IMG/VR virus record: IMGVR_UViG_3300022242_000023
Span: 1 to 64,000 of that record
From: a virus
Lineage: Duplodnaviria; Caudoviricetes
DNA length: 64,000 bases
Direction: 5' to 3' (one strand)
This document shows, one piece after another, positions 27,587-36,810 of the stretch (position 1 is the first letter of the stretch; each line of letters starts with the position of its first letter). Made by a program: the position numbers and the translations under genes. The notes beneath the pieces were generated by a model that saw nothing but the letters and a program-made list of their open reading frames with translations, had not been told where the DNA came from and did no database searches.

Positions 27587-28950
27587 TAAAATACGAGATA
27601 GATATATATGAAGATCTATTGGTAACTGCAAAAAAGTTAATGTGGAAACAGCCTTTAATGGGATTTTTCCTAGCAACATTACATAAGAAAGTTATATACA
27701 AAGGGGATCCAGAAGAAAAGGATATAAAAACTGCTGCAGTAGGAAAATCTAAAGGAGACTTAAATTATAGTCTATATGTTAATGCAGAATTCTGGAAAGA
27801 TTTAACAGACTTACAAAAACAAGATGTTTTATTACATGAGTTAAATCACATATGTTATTTTCATCCAACAATGTCTAAGTCTTTTTCTCAAAAAGAACTC
27901 TTTAATATAGCAGCTGATATAGAAATCAATCAACATCTGCCAAATCTTCCAGATAATGATATGCCTTTAGACAAGTATGTGGAATGGATAGAAGCTCACA
28001 AAAAAGAAATCCAAGAAGGTAAAATTGTAGCTCCTGCAAGATTTTGCAGATTAGAAGATTATGGTTTCAAAAAAGAAGCCGATGACTTCAAAGGTACTAG
28101 ATATTACTATGATAGACTAATGGCCATAATAAATGATCAGAAAAATCAATCTCCAATGGCTAAAAGTTTAAGGCAAATGGTAGCTTCTATGGGTGAAGAA
28201 AATAGTCCATACCCTTGCTCTCATAATACATGGAAGAATTTTGAAGAAGATAGTGATATAGAAAGTGAATTAATAGACGAAAATGTTAAAAGTCTTCTTA
28301 AAAGAATCATGTTAGAAAATGAACATCAAAGATCTCAACTTATTGGTAGTTTACCAGGATATTTGAGAAATTTGATAGAAGATCTTCTTAAAGAAAGACC
28401 ACCTATATTTAACTGGAAATTATATGTAAGAAGATTTGTTGCAAAATCTATAGATTCTTATGTAAGAACTACAAGAAGTAAACCTAATAAAAGATTAGAT
28501 GAAGAAATGCCCACTATTAAAATTATTGAAAAATATTGTTTATTAATGGGTGTAGATACATCAGGTAGCATGAGTAATGAAGATATAGCTCAGTGTTTTA
28601 CTGAAATACATCATGTATATAAAACAGGTAATACTGTATTGGTGGCAGAATGTGATGCTGCATTAGATAAAAACAATGATGTATACAAATACACTGGTAA
28701 GTATCCTACAAAAAGATTAGGTTTAAGTGGAGGAGGAGGTACAAACATGGACCCTGTATTAGCATACGCTAATGAAAATGTTAATTCACTAACATGTTTA
28801 ATACACATAACTGATGGTTATATACCAATTCCAAAAGTTAAATGTAAAGTTCCTACTTTAATAATAATTACACCAGATGGTGCAAATCCTGAAGATTTGA
28901 TTAAAGGAGGTTTGAAATATCCTGTAATTAAAATGAATAGAGATTGTTAA
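27577..28950 (+). CDS. metallopeptidase-vWA protein (DUF2201-like)
   Basis: HELNH zincin motif; MIDAS VDTSGSM, GGGGT and ITDG. Confidence 0.85.
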   Translation: MAIIKYEIDIYEDLLVTAKKLMWKQPLMGFFLATLHKKVIYKGDPEEKDIKTAAVGKSKGDLNYSLYVNAEFWKDLTDLQKQDVLLHELNHICYFHPTMSKSFSQKELFNIAADIEINQHLPNLPDNDMPLDKYVEWIEAHKKEIQEGKIVAPARFCRLEDYGFKKEADDFKGTRYYYDRLMAIINDQKNQSPMAKSLRQMVASMGEENSPYPCSHNTWKNFEEDSDIESELIDENVKSLLKRIMLENEHQRSQLIGSLPGYLRNLIEDLLKERPPIFNWKLYVRRFVAKSIDSYVRTTRSKPNKRLDEEMPTIKIIEKYCLLMGVDTSGSMSNEDIAQCFTEIHHVYKTGNTVLVAECDAALDKNNDVYKYTGKYPTKRLGLSGGGGTNMDPVLAYANENVNSLTCLIHITDGYIPIPKVKCKVPTLIIITPDGANPEDLIKGGLKYPVIKMNRDC

Positions 28951-29279
28951 TGAAACTAGATCATTACGAAAGAGGTGATATTATTTTATTTTATGACGAT
29001 GAATGTAACTCATTAATATATTATTATGACAAGGTAACAAAAGATAAATCTAATGAATTATTATTGCATTTAATAGATTTTAAAGACAAGAGTTCAGTTT
29101 CATTTAAGAAATGTTACAAATATGATGATTTATTCATAAATAGTTTAAATCTTACATATTTAATTAATAATAATTATATACAAGAAAATATAATAAGTTT
29201 AGTATCATCACCAGATAAAGAGATGCAAAGATTAGGAGTAGAAATATTAAAAAATTCAATAAACAAATATAATATTTAA
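28944..29279 (+). CDS. hypothetical protein with C-terminal S-x-D motif
   Basis: IISLVSSPDKEMQRLGVEIL. Confidence 0.7.
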   Translation: MLMKLDHYERGDIILFYDDECNSLIYYYDKVTKDKSNELLLHLIDFKDKSSVSFKKCYKYDDLFINSLNLTYLINNNYIQENIISLVSSPDKEMQRLGVEILKNSINKYNI

Positions 29280-29284
29280 AATTT

Positions 29285-30529
29285 ATGGCAAGTAAAGTTA
29301 AACAAGAAAAAGTATTTTTGAAACCTTCAGAGGTTAAGTTAAAAGTATTAGAATTTATAGAATCTAATACTCAATTAGAAAAAAGAGGATTATTAAAAAA
29401 TGCTTTATCTTTTGTAGGAGAACCTGGTATTGCTAAAACATCATCTGTTTTGCAAGTATGCCAAGAGAATAACATAGGAATAGAAAAAGTCAATATGGCG
29501 AATATTGATGACCTTGGAGAAATCACAGGATATCCTATGAAAGAATATGAAATGAAAAAGAATAGTGATATCCAATGGGCTAATGATAAAAATCATGAAA
29601 GCTTTTTGAGACTTGGTTATCTTGATACAGGTTCTACAAGAACAGGATATGCAGAACCTAAATGGGTTAATAGTCTTAGGAATTATGAAAAAAGTGTATT
29701 ATTACTTGATGATTCTTTGAGAAGTCAACCTAGGTTTATCAATGCCTTAATGGATCTTATTCAGAGAGGTGAGTATTATGGTTGGAAATTACCAAAAGGA
29801 TGCACTGTCATTATGACAAATAATCCTTCTGATGGAGATTTTCAGGTAGCTCAAGAAGATAGTGCTCATATTAGTAGATATTTCACTTTCCATGTAAAAT
29901 ATTGTGAAAAATCTTGGGCAGAACAAGCTCAAAAAGAAAATCTTCATGGAGCGTTTATAAACTTTATATTGAAACACCACTCAGAGTTATTTGCTTTACA
30001 AGATGAAAAGAACCCTTCTTTAGGGATGATGTCCATGCCTAGACAATGGAGTATGTTATTTTCATCTATAAATCATTTACCTGAATTTACTTCTCCGAAA
30101 AGTCAACAGATTATTTTACAAAATGGGAAGGCAATTTTACCTTCAAATTTAGTACAAATTTTCACAACTTTTTTACATGCTAAAGAATGGGATATTGTTG
30201 AACCAGATGAAATCTTCAATAATAAAATTAAAGACGAAGAAGTAGTGTCAATGTTAAAAAAGAGTGTGGGAGAACCAAAAGCTGGTACATTCAGAAATGA
30301 TGTAGCATCTATTTTGTCAATGCGTATTACTAACTATTTAGTACATCTTGCTAGTACAAATCCTATTGACTCTTTCTTGACAGGAAGGTTAAAACTGATA
30401 ATGGAAAACAAAATCTTAGGGTCAGATTTGGATTTCAAATTGATCAAAGATATGTATTCTAGAAATCGTGATAAGTTTAAAGGTTTATTATCTGAAAAGT
30501 TTTTCAGAGATCAAATAATTCAAGGATAA
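29285..30529 (+). CDS. MoxR-like AAA+ ATPase (partner of the DUF2201-like protein)
   Basis: GEPGIAKT, LLLDD, MTNNP, HISRY and PRQW. Confidence 0.85.
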   Translation: MASKVKQEKVFLKPSEVKLKVLEFIESNTQLEKRGLLKNALSFVGEPGIAKTSSVLQVCQENNIGIEKVNMANIDDLGEITGYPMKEYEMKKNSDIQWANDKNHESFLRLGYLDTGSTRTGYAEPKWVNSLRNYEKSVLLLDDSLRSQPRFINALMDLIQRGEYYGWKLPKGCTVIMTNNPSDGDFQVAQEDSAHISRYFTFHVKYCEKSWAEQAQKENLHGAFINFILKHHSELFALQDEKNPSLGMMSMPRQWSMLFSSINHLPEFTSPKSQQIILQNGKAILPSNLVQIFTTFLHAKEWDIVEPDEIFNNKIKDEEVVSMLKKSVGEPKAGTFRNDVASILSMRITNYLVHLASTNPIDSFLTGRLKLIMENKILGSDLDFKLIKDMYSRNRDKFKGLLSEKFFRDQIIQG

Positions 30530-30530
30530 T

Positions 30531-31553
30531 ATGGTACAGGAATTAGACGTTAAAGTTTATAATGGTTATGGTATTTCAAATGATGTAGAAAGTGTAAAGT
30601 TAATCAGAAAATCTGAATTAAAAACAAAACTGGATAGTTTGCAAATAGTTAAAACTATTAAAGATAAAAGTAACGTATTTTTTCTAGATAATGTTGTATT
30701 CCCTAGGCAAACGCTTAGGGAATATGGCAAATCTAGAGGTATAAATATAGTTAGAAAAGTAGAAACAGCAGATTATCTTGTTATTAAAAATAATGATATA
30801 AATAACTACATTAAATCATATAGACAATATGGTTTATTTAAAAATATACATACGGGTGAATTACTTTTAAATCTTTCTTGGGATCAACAGGCTACTCATA
30901 GAATATTCAATGATTATAGTATGATAGCTAATGATTATTGTAATATAATTGATTCATTAGTTGATGATATCAATAATTTATTTACAATAAATAAACCTAT
31001 TATTGATCAAGAAAGTTTAAATAATCAATGTTTAAATAGTACAATAATTGATTACAAAAATTATCTCAATTATGTTTCAATGCTAAATAGCACTGATCAG
31101 ATTGTAAAGGATATGGCTATAAGACTGATATCAATGTGTAACAGGGATGCCTCAGAATTTTATATAGCGTGCTTATATAATAAATTTAAACAAGATTTTT
31201 TTAATAGTAAAGAATGGAATTCTGTAAATTTGAGATCTTTTAGAATATATGTAGAAAGTAAAAGTTGGGGCCGTACTAGAATGGATAATGAACTAAGTGT
31301 ATTAAGATTTTTTATTGATGGAAACTATAAATTTAAAATAGATTCTGTATTTTTTCATAAAATGGTAGAAGAAGATTTTAATAAGATTTCAAACGGCATT
31401 TTAAGAATCTTAGATAAAGTAGCTGAAACTGAAATGGTATTAAAATATAATATTAAACCAAGCATTAAAATAATAGAATTTGAAAATGAAGAACCAAGTG
31501 GAACAATCAAAAGAATCAGTGAAAAAAATTCCCAGATCGGGAAAGAAGAATAG
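30531..31553 (+). CDS. hypothetical protein with internal S-x-D motif
   Basis: 340 aa; YVSMLNSTDQIVKDMAIRLI. Confidence 0.75.
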   Translation: MVQELDVKVYNGYGISNDVESVKLIRKSELKTKLDSLQIVKTIKDKSNVFFLDNVVFPRQTLREYGKSRGINIVRKVETADYLVIKNNDINNYIKSYRQYGLFKNIHTGELLLNLSWDQQATHRIFNDYSMIANDYCNIIDSLVDDINNLFTINKPIIDQESLNNQCLNSTIIDYKNYLNYVSMLNSTDQIVKDMAIRLISMCNRDASEFYIACLYNKFKQDFFNSKEWNSVNLRSFRIYVESKSWGRTRMDNELSVLRFFIDGNYKFKIDSVFFHKMVEEDFNKISNGILRILDKVAETEMVLKYNIKPSIKIIEFENEEPSGTIKRISEKNSQIGKEE

Positions 31554-31941
31554 GACTAAAGGACATGGTTATGAAATTAAAATATCTAACATGTTAAAAG
31601 ATCTAGGTTTAGTTAAAACCAAAACATCAAGGGCTGCATCAAAATTGTATGATGATTGCGGTATTGATCATTGGGGTGCAATACTTCCTACTGGTGATTT
31701 AATATTAACACAGTGTAAATCTGGATATAAAAATTCTAGACCAAAAGCAGATGTAGAGTTTAAAAACCAAATAGAGAAAATGAAAACTCATTTTCCCAAA
31801 GGTAGTAAGGAATTAGATTCTAATAATATGCAAATATTATTTCATAAAATAGATGATTATAGACCTGAAAATCATTTAGTAACTATGAAATATGATGATT
31901 TTGTTAAACTGTTAAAAACTTTCATAGATGCACATAATTAA
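31480..31941 (+). CDS. Holliday junction resolvase, PD-(D/E)xK
   Basis: NRTKGHGYE...GID...QCKSG. Confidence 0.75.
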   Translation: MKMKNQVEQSKESVKKIPRSGKKNRTKGHGYEIKISNMLKDLGLVKTKTSRAASKLYDDCGIDHWGAILPTGDLILTQCKSGYKNSRPKADVEFKNQIEKMKTHFPKGSKELDSNNMQILFHKIDDYRPENHLVTMKYDDFVKLLKTFIDAHN

Positions 31942-32206
31942 AAGACTGTATAAATACTGGAATTTGAGATCAGGTGTTATTGTAATGGTAACTCCAGAAG
32001 AAGAGTTATATTTTATTGAAATTAAAGGGGTATTTTTATTTAAACTAATTTCTTTAATATTTCTAAAAGGCGATTATTCAGATTACAAATTTGCATATAC
32101 AGATAATTGGGCCCGTATAAATAGATTTTGTGAATATAAGAATTCAGAGGATCCAGATGTACAAGAAATGTTTAAAAACTGCATAAAACATGAACTAGAT
32201 GATTAG
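31928..32206 (+). CDS. hypothetical protein with C-terminal S-x-D motif
   Basis: FCEYKNSEDPDVQEMFKNCI. Confidence 0.7.
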   Translation: MHIIKRLYKYWNLRSGVIVMVTPEEELYFIEIKGVFLFKLISLIFLKGDYSDYKFAYTDNWARINRFCEYKNSEDPDVQEMFKNCIKHELDD

Positions 32207-32810
32207 AAAAATATGGAAAAAATTTAATGTAAGTACAGTTATGATTTTACCCTTATTTTGGAATGCTACTGAACATATAATAGCAAAAAAATCTAAAGTT
32301 AGATTCCCATTTGTACAGTTGTGCATAGAGTATGGATTAATAAATACATATCTATATAAAAATGGTAAGTATGATAATAAATTATACTTAGAATTTGACA
32401 AAGAAGAGTTTACCAAGGATAAAAAATTAACTACAAGCCCATATACATCTATATTAGAATTGCTTATTAATTATAATATGTATGCTGGACTAGAGATGAC
32501 TAATGATACAGTGCTGATAGCTTTACATATTCCTGTAGAATTTAGAGAAGATATTAAAATTATCGAAGATTCTAAATACTCTAAATTATCAGATGAATAT
32601 AAATCAGAGCTTCATATAAAACAAAACTCTGTACCATTAACAAAAAATGAATTTGCAATGTATGTTGCAAGCAAGAACTTAGGATATGCTATTTCAATGA
32701 AATCTGATAATATCAAGAAAGAAATTGAAAAAGAGCTCAAAATGACTATAACGAGGGATGATGAATATTACGAAAGATTCAATAAAGTTAAAGAAAATTA
32801 CGTAAATTGA
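32199..32810 (+). CDS. hypothetical protein
   Basis: 203-aa ORF in operon context. Confidence 0.75.
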   Translation: MIRKIWKKFNVSTVMILPLFWNATEHIIAKKSKVRFPFVQLCIEYGLINTYLYKNGKYDNKLYLEFDKEEFTKDKKLTTSPYTSILELLINYNMYAGLEMTNDTVLIALHIPVEFREDIKIIEDSKYSKLSDEYKSELHIKQNSVPLTKNEFAMYVASKNLGYAISMKSDNIKKEIEKELKMTITRDDEYYERFNKVKENYVN

Positions 32811-32811
32811 G

Positions 32812-33225
32812 ATGAAAAAAAAGAAAAAAACAAGTAAGAACAATGTGTTACCAATTATATTAAATAAGAAAGGTAATAAAAATGATGCAGGTAAACCTCC
32901 TGTAACCCAGTTACTGAGGCAATTCCCTTCTGCTATTAAATATGTATCTAAATGTTCTGAATATGGACATAAAGAATATGGGGAAAAAGAGAATGAAGAG
33001 TTATGGGACAATTGGAGATATGTAGAAGAAGCTAAGTTTAGATATAAACAAGCTGCGGGAAGACATTTTCTAGAAGAAAATGGTAAGTTTGATGAAGGAA
33101 GTGGTTTATATCATATAGCACATTGCATATGGAATTTATTAGCAGAATTGCAATTTCAATTAGAAGAAGATTTTCAAAAAAATATAAAAAATGAAGGACA
33201 TAAATTTGATATTAAAGAACGTTAA
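32812..33225 (+). CDS. dATP/dGTP diphosphohydrolase domain protein (DUF5664)
   Basis: KNDAGKP, GHKEYG..NW, AAGRH and DEGSGLYHIAH. Confidence 0.85.
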   Translation: MKKKKKTSKNNVLPIILNKKGNKNDAGKPPVTQLLRQFPSAIKYVSKCSEYGHKEYGEKENEELWDNWRYVEEAKFRYKQAAGRHFLEENGKFDEGSGLYHIAHCIWNLLAELQFQLEEDFQKNIKNEGHKFDIKER

Positions 33226-33457
33226 GTTTGCTTCTTTCAGAAGTAACGCAGATGGTAGTATTAGAATATCATTTGATACACAAGAACTTTCAGTAGAAGA
33301 TACTAGGAAATTAATCTCCTTATATAAGGAAAAAGAATGTAGTGTAAATGTGGGCAGTGGTGAAATATTTGATACAGGTGTAGAATTTTTGGCAAGCATT
33401 GAAAATCTTGCACCTGATCAGTTAAAAGCTTTTTTAAAACATGCTGAAGAAGATTAA
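33191..33457 (+). CDS. hypothetical protein
   Basis: 88-aa ORF in operon context. Confidence 0.7.
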   Translation: MKDINLILKNVKFASFRSNADGSIRISFDTQELSVEDTRKLISLYKEKECSVNVGSGEIFDTGVEFLASIENLAPDQLKAFLKHAEED

Positions 33458-33706
33458 GTGAAAAGTTACACAAAAACTTTTTTAGAATATATGGAGAAAA
33501 TTCATAATATTCTTCCTCATGAACTATTATGTGAAGTATGTCAGCAAAAAGCTGTTGACATACATCACATTTTAGGAAAAGGTAAATATCCAGAATTGAC
33601 AAATGATGTTAATAATTTAATAGCACTATGTAGAAAATGTCATGATAAATATGGACAGAAAAAGCAATATGTGGAATATTTACAATCTATAATTAAAAAA
33701 AGATGA
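33458..33706 (+). CDS. HNH endonuclease
   Basis: CEVC...DIHHI...NLIALCRKCH. Confidence 0.9.
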   Translation: MKSYTKTFLEYMEKIHNILPHELLCEVCQQKAVDIHHILGKGKYPELTNDVNNLIALCRKCHDKYGQKKQYVEYLQSIIKKR

Positions 33707-33882
33707 AAACGATAGTTTCAAGGATACGTGTACATAAAACTTATTCGCATATTAATAGCTCTCATAAGTATTTCATTAATATTAATGTTAATGAACCTAT
33801 TATAGAAGACGAAGGTTTTTTTGATTTATCAATAGTTGAATCAATAGTGCAAAGTTTAATAACTAAATATCATAATATTTAA
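33703..33882 (+). CDS. microprotein B1
   Basis: 59 aa MKTIVSR...DLSIVESIV. Confidence 0.65.
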   Translation: MKTIVSRIRVHKTYSHINSSHKYFININVNEPIIEDEGFFDLSIVESIVQSLITKYHNI

Positions 33883-33888
33883 TAAATA

Positions 33889-34059
33889 ATGAAGAAATAT
33901 TTGATAACTTATAAAAGACGTTATATTAAGTCTTTTGATCTTTATAATTACGAGCTTTATCATGATAAATTATACTCTAGTATTGTAATATTATCTATAG
34001 AACGTGAAATTTTAGCACTTGAAAGACAGTTTTATGCGATTAAAAATAATAAATCATAG
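33889..34059 (+). CDS. microprotein B2
   Basis: 56 aa MKKYLIT...ILSIEREI. Confidence 0.65.
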   Translation: MKKYLITYKRRYIKSFDLYNYELYHDKLYSSIVILSIEREILALERQFYAIKNNKS

Positions 34060-34186
34060 ACATTACTATTATAATCATACATATATGTATGAACTTCGTA
34101 GTTGGACAGGAAATAAATTAAATAGTTCATTCTCTATCATATGGATAGAAGAATATATTAAATATCTAAAGGAAAATGAAATTTAA
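34034..34186 (+). CDS. microprotein B3
   Basis: 50 aa MRLKIIN...IIWIEEYI. Confidence 0.65.
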   Translation: MRLKIINHRHYYYNHTYMYELRSWTGNKLNSSFSIIWIEEYIKYLKENEI

Positions 34187-34319
34187 AATATGTAATTTTA
34201 AAATAGCAGATATAATTTATGGAAAGTATAGATATAAATTGCATAAGGATCATGAAGTTGGTCATAATTTACGCCAAATTGAAGGTGTAATCATTATACT
34301 AACTAACTGTTTTAAATAA
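34176..34319 (+). CDS. microprotein B4
   Basis: 47 aa MKFKICN...LRQIEGVI. Confidence 0.65.
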   Translation: MKFKICNFKIADIIYGKYRYKLHKDHEVGHNLRQIEGVIIILTNCFK

Positions 34320-34329
34320 AAGTTCAATA

Positions 34330-34485
34330 ATGAAATTAAAAATTACTAATGAAAAAATAGATAAATGTTATTTATATACTGTACATTTACCAAATGGAGA
34401 AACGTATAGATATGATATATTATTTTTAATAGGTTGTTGGTTTAAATTTTACGCTGATGAAATACACAATAAAATGGGTTGCTAA
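34330..34485 (+). CDS. microprotein B5
   Basis: 51 aa MKLKITN; lacks the conserved Glu. Confidence 0.6.
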   Translation: MKLKITNEKIDKCYLYTVHLPNGETYRYDILFLIGCWFKFYADEIHNKMGC

Positions 34486-34591
34486 AGGGAATTATTATGT
34501 ATTACTAAAAGGTTCCAGAACAATTTTTGGTGCAGGAAACTTGTTTTATTTAGAACATCTTTTTATACTATTTCATGAGAATCCTTCTTAA
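34457..34591 (+). CDS. microprotein B6
   Basis: 44 aa MKYTIKW...LFYLEHLF. Confidence 0.65.
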   Translation: MKYTIKWVAKGNYYVLLKGSRTIFGAGNLFYLEHLFILFHENPS

Positions 34592-34736
34592 AAATCATAG
34601 ATTAAGTAAATCAATTTATACATATAAAATTGAAAATGTAGATTATAGTAGATTTATTATGTCTATACATTTATGCAATATAGAAAGTCAAATAAAAATT
34701 CATGAAAACAAAAATTCTAATAAAAAGAACAATTAA
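34575..34736 (+). CDS. microprotein B7
   Basis: 53 aa MRILLKN...LCNIESQI. Confidence 0.65.
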   Translation: MRILLKNHRLSKSIYTYKIENVDYSRFIMSIHLCNIESQIKIHENKNSNKKNN

Positions 34737-34836
34737 TTCTCGTTACTATATAACTAATAGTAAAAATTTTATGACATATGGTTATTATATTAATCTGAAA
34801 TCAGTAGAACACGTTATAGAAAATTATTTTATATGA
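34702..34836 (+). CDS. microprotein B8
   Basis: 44 aa MKTKILI...LKSVEHVI. Confidence 0.65.
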   Translation: MKTKILIKRTINSRYYITNSKNFMTYGYYINLKSVEHVIENYFI

Positions 34837-34970
34837 AAATAATAATAAAATGTGATCTTACTAGAAGAATTAAAATCTACCAGCGTTTACGTAAATGCTA
34901 TCATATTAGAAGTTTTTCTTCTTTGCTGCAAATAGAAAAATTTATTAAAAATGAAAATTATCATACATAA
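34833..34970 (+). CDS. microprotein B9
   Basis: 45 aa MKIIIKC...LLQIEKFI. Confidence 0.65.
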   Translation: MKIIIKCDLTRRIKIYQRLRKCYHIRSFSSLLQIEKFIKNENYHT

Positions 34971-35085
34971 AACAATGAAAGGTTGTAAAGAAACTATTAG
35001 AATTAATTATATCTATACTGTTAATAGTATAACACTAGGTAATTACATATTTCTTTCAACTTTAGAAAAAAGACTAAAAGAATAA
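34951..35085 (+). CDS. microprotein B10
   Basis: 44 aa MKIIIHK...LSTLEKRL. Confidence 0.65.
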   Translation: MKIIIHKTMKGCKETIRINYIYTVNSITLGNYIFLSTLEKRLKE

Positions 35086-35104
35086 ATAGGATAAGAAATA
35101 TTAA

Positions 35105-35275
35105 ATGAAAATTATAATAAGAAATAAGAAGGATTCTTCTTATACCGTGAGTAAATATAAATACAAATATTATATGTATAATAACGATAAAACTTGGGTT
35201 TATTGGCTATATCTTATAGAAGGTTATATTAAACATATGAAAAAATATGAAAAGATTAAAATTAAAAATAATTAA
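35105..35275 (+). pseudogene. microprotein B11, disrupted by two compensating 1-nt indels
   Basis: The ATG 35105 frame stops at 35114; family-like sequence continues in the adjacent frame and returns to the ATG frame near 35160 (LYLIEGYI). Confidence 0.5.
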
Positions 35276-35414
35276 AAGTAGTGAAAACGTATTAAAATGG
35301 AATATATTTTATATTATACCTCTTTCACACAAACATTATCTGAGAAAAAAATATCGTGTAAGTGGATATTTCATACAAGATATAGAAAAATATATTAAAA
35401 ATAGCTTCAATTAA
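35247..35414 (+). CDS. microprotein B12
   Basis: 55 aa MKRLKLK...IQDIEKYI. Confidence 0.65.
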   Translation: MKRLKLKIIKSSENVLKWNIFYIIPLSHKHYLRKKYRVSGYFIQDIEKYIKNSFN

Positions 35415-35559
35415 AATAGTATCTATAAAGGGCGGAGATTGTAAATATAGAATAGAAGTATATAATAAAAAAGTTTTAAAATATGCAATTAGATTTACTA
35501 CATTTGAACGTGTACATTCCTATGTAACTTATTTTTATGAAAATTATACTAAAAAATGA
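35401..35559 (+). CDS. microprotein B13 (no ATG; ATA at the expected start)
   Basis: 52 codons (I)ASIKIVSIK...TFERVHSYV. Confidence 0.45.
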   Translation: MASIKIVSIKGGDCKYRIEVYNKKVLKYAIRFTTFERVHSYVTYFYENYTKK

Positions 35560-35714
35560 TAACAATTAAATTAAACAGACAATTGCAGTCAAAATATGTA
35601 GTTATTTGTACATATCCTGATAACACTGTTCAAAATTTTCCAATGAGAGAGTTGCTGCAAGCAGAATGGTTTATAGAAGAAAGATCTAAAATTTATGGAC
35701 GACTTTTTAGTTGA
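35556..35714 (+). CDS. microprotein B14
   Basis: 52 aa MITIKLN...LLQAEWFI. Confidence 0.65.
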   Translation: MITIKLNRQLQSKYVVICTYPDNTVQNFPMRELLQAEWFIEERSKIYGRLFS

Positions 35715-35718
35715 ATTT

Positions 35719-35868
35719 ATGAAAAAGTATATTATAACAAATCATAGAATACATAGTTTAGAGATAATTATATATGACCTATATGTATATATAGATACCA
35801 CAGTTACTAATTATGAGGGTTGGAGCAGTTTAAAGCATTTAGAAGATATTATAATCTCGTATAAATAA
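35719..35868 (+). CDS. microprotein B15
   Basis: 49 aa MKKYIIT...LKHLEDII. Confidence 0.65.
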   Translation: MKKYIITNHRIHSLEIIIYDLYVYIDTTVTNYEGWSSLKHLEDIIISYK

Positions 35869-35869
35869 A

Positions 35870-36082
35870 ATGAAACCTAAAAAATACATATTGAAAAATA
35901 AACGTACTTCAAATATTGAATTTATACATTTTAATACATATAAACTTAGAATAAAATATCAATATTATGTAGCAAATCTTTTTAACAGTTACATTAGTGG
36001 GATACAAGAGGGTATGAGACATTATGACATCAACCATCCTGAAAAAACAATATTATCTGAAATAAATGAAATATATATTTAA
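35870..36082 (+). CDS. microprotein B16
   Basis: 70 aa MKPKKYILK...ISGIQEGM. Confidence 0.65.
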   Translation: MKPKKYILKNKRTSNIEFIHFNTYKLRIKYQYYVANLFNSYISGIQEGMRHYDINHPEKTILSEINEIYI

Positions 36083-36182
36083 AAATCACCGAAACCCTCA
36101 TTATAAGTATGTGTATTCTATAGTAGGTACAACTTCATTGTATATACATATACATAATATAGAATATATAATTAAATGTTAA
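36066..36182 (+). CDS. microprotein B17
   Basis: 38 aa MKYIFKN...IHNIEYII. Confidence 0.6.
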   Translation: MKYIFKNHRNPHYKYVYSIVGTTSLYIHIHNIEYIIKC

Positions 36183-36230
36183 ACATTATATAAGTGGTCA
36201 TATCAAGACTTAAAAAAAGAAAATTATAGT

Positions 36231-36359
36231 ATGAAATATAAAATTCAATATTATAAAAGATATAAGCTATATTCTTTATATGTTTTATATAAAGTTGCAG
36301 ATAACAGAGTAACTGCAAACATGTTCCATACACTGAAAGAAATTGAACGTCATATATGA
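36231..36359 (+). CDS. microprotein B18
   Basis: 42 aa MKYKIQY...LKEIERHI. Confidence 0.65.
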   Translation: MKYKIQYYKRYKLYSLYVLYKVADNRVTANMFHTLKEIERHI

Positions 36360-36505
36360 AATTTAAAATTACAAAATACAAGAATCATCGAAATGATGAT
36401 AGACACATATTATCTTACAATAATATTGATTACATTGAACTATTTATGTTACATAACATAGAAGATCATATAATTGAAATTTCTAAAAATGAAATATATA
36501 CTTAA
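36356..36505 (+). CDS. microprotein B19
   Basis: 49 aa MKFKITK...LHNIEDHI. Confidence 0.65.
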   Translation: MKFKITKYKNHRNDDRHILSYNNIDYIELFMLHNIEDHIIEISKNEIYT

Positions 36506-36662
36506 AAATTGTAAAAATGCTGATGGAGATTGGATGTACTTTATAACAAATTCCTATTTAGATAATGATGAATATATGGAATTTTTAAACTATTACTATC
36601 TTGAAAATCTTGAGTACTGTCTTTTAAAATATTATTATGAAAATAAAACTAGTTATAAATAA
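36489..36662 (+). CDS. microprotein B20
   Basis: 57 aa MKYILKN...LENLEYCL. Confidence 0.65.
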   Translation: MKYILKNCKNADGDWMYFITNSYLDNDEYMEFLNYYYLENLEYCLLKYYYENKTSYK

Positions 36663-36810
36663 TAAACCTTTTCCAGCTCCGCTTTCTTATTTTAATGCAT
36701 TTTCACTGAAAGTAAAAGGGAAAATTACAGTGTTAAATTGGGAATTCAATATAAAAGATATTGAAAATCAAATACAAAGAGATACTTATGCGATATACTA
36801 TAAAAAATAG
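36637..36810 (+). CDS. microprotein B21
   Basis: 57 aa MKIKLVI...IKDIENQI. Confidence 0.65.
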   Translation: MKIKLVINNKPFPAPLSYFNAFSLKVKGKITVLNWEFNIKDIENQIQRDTYAIYYKK

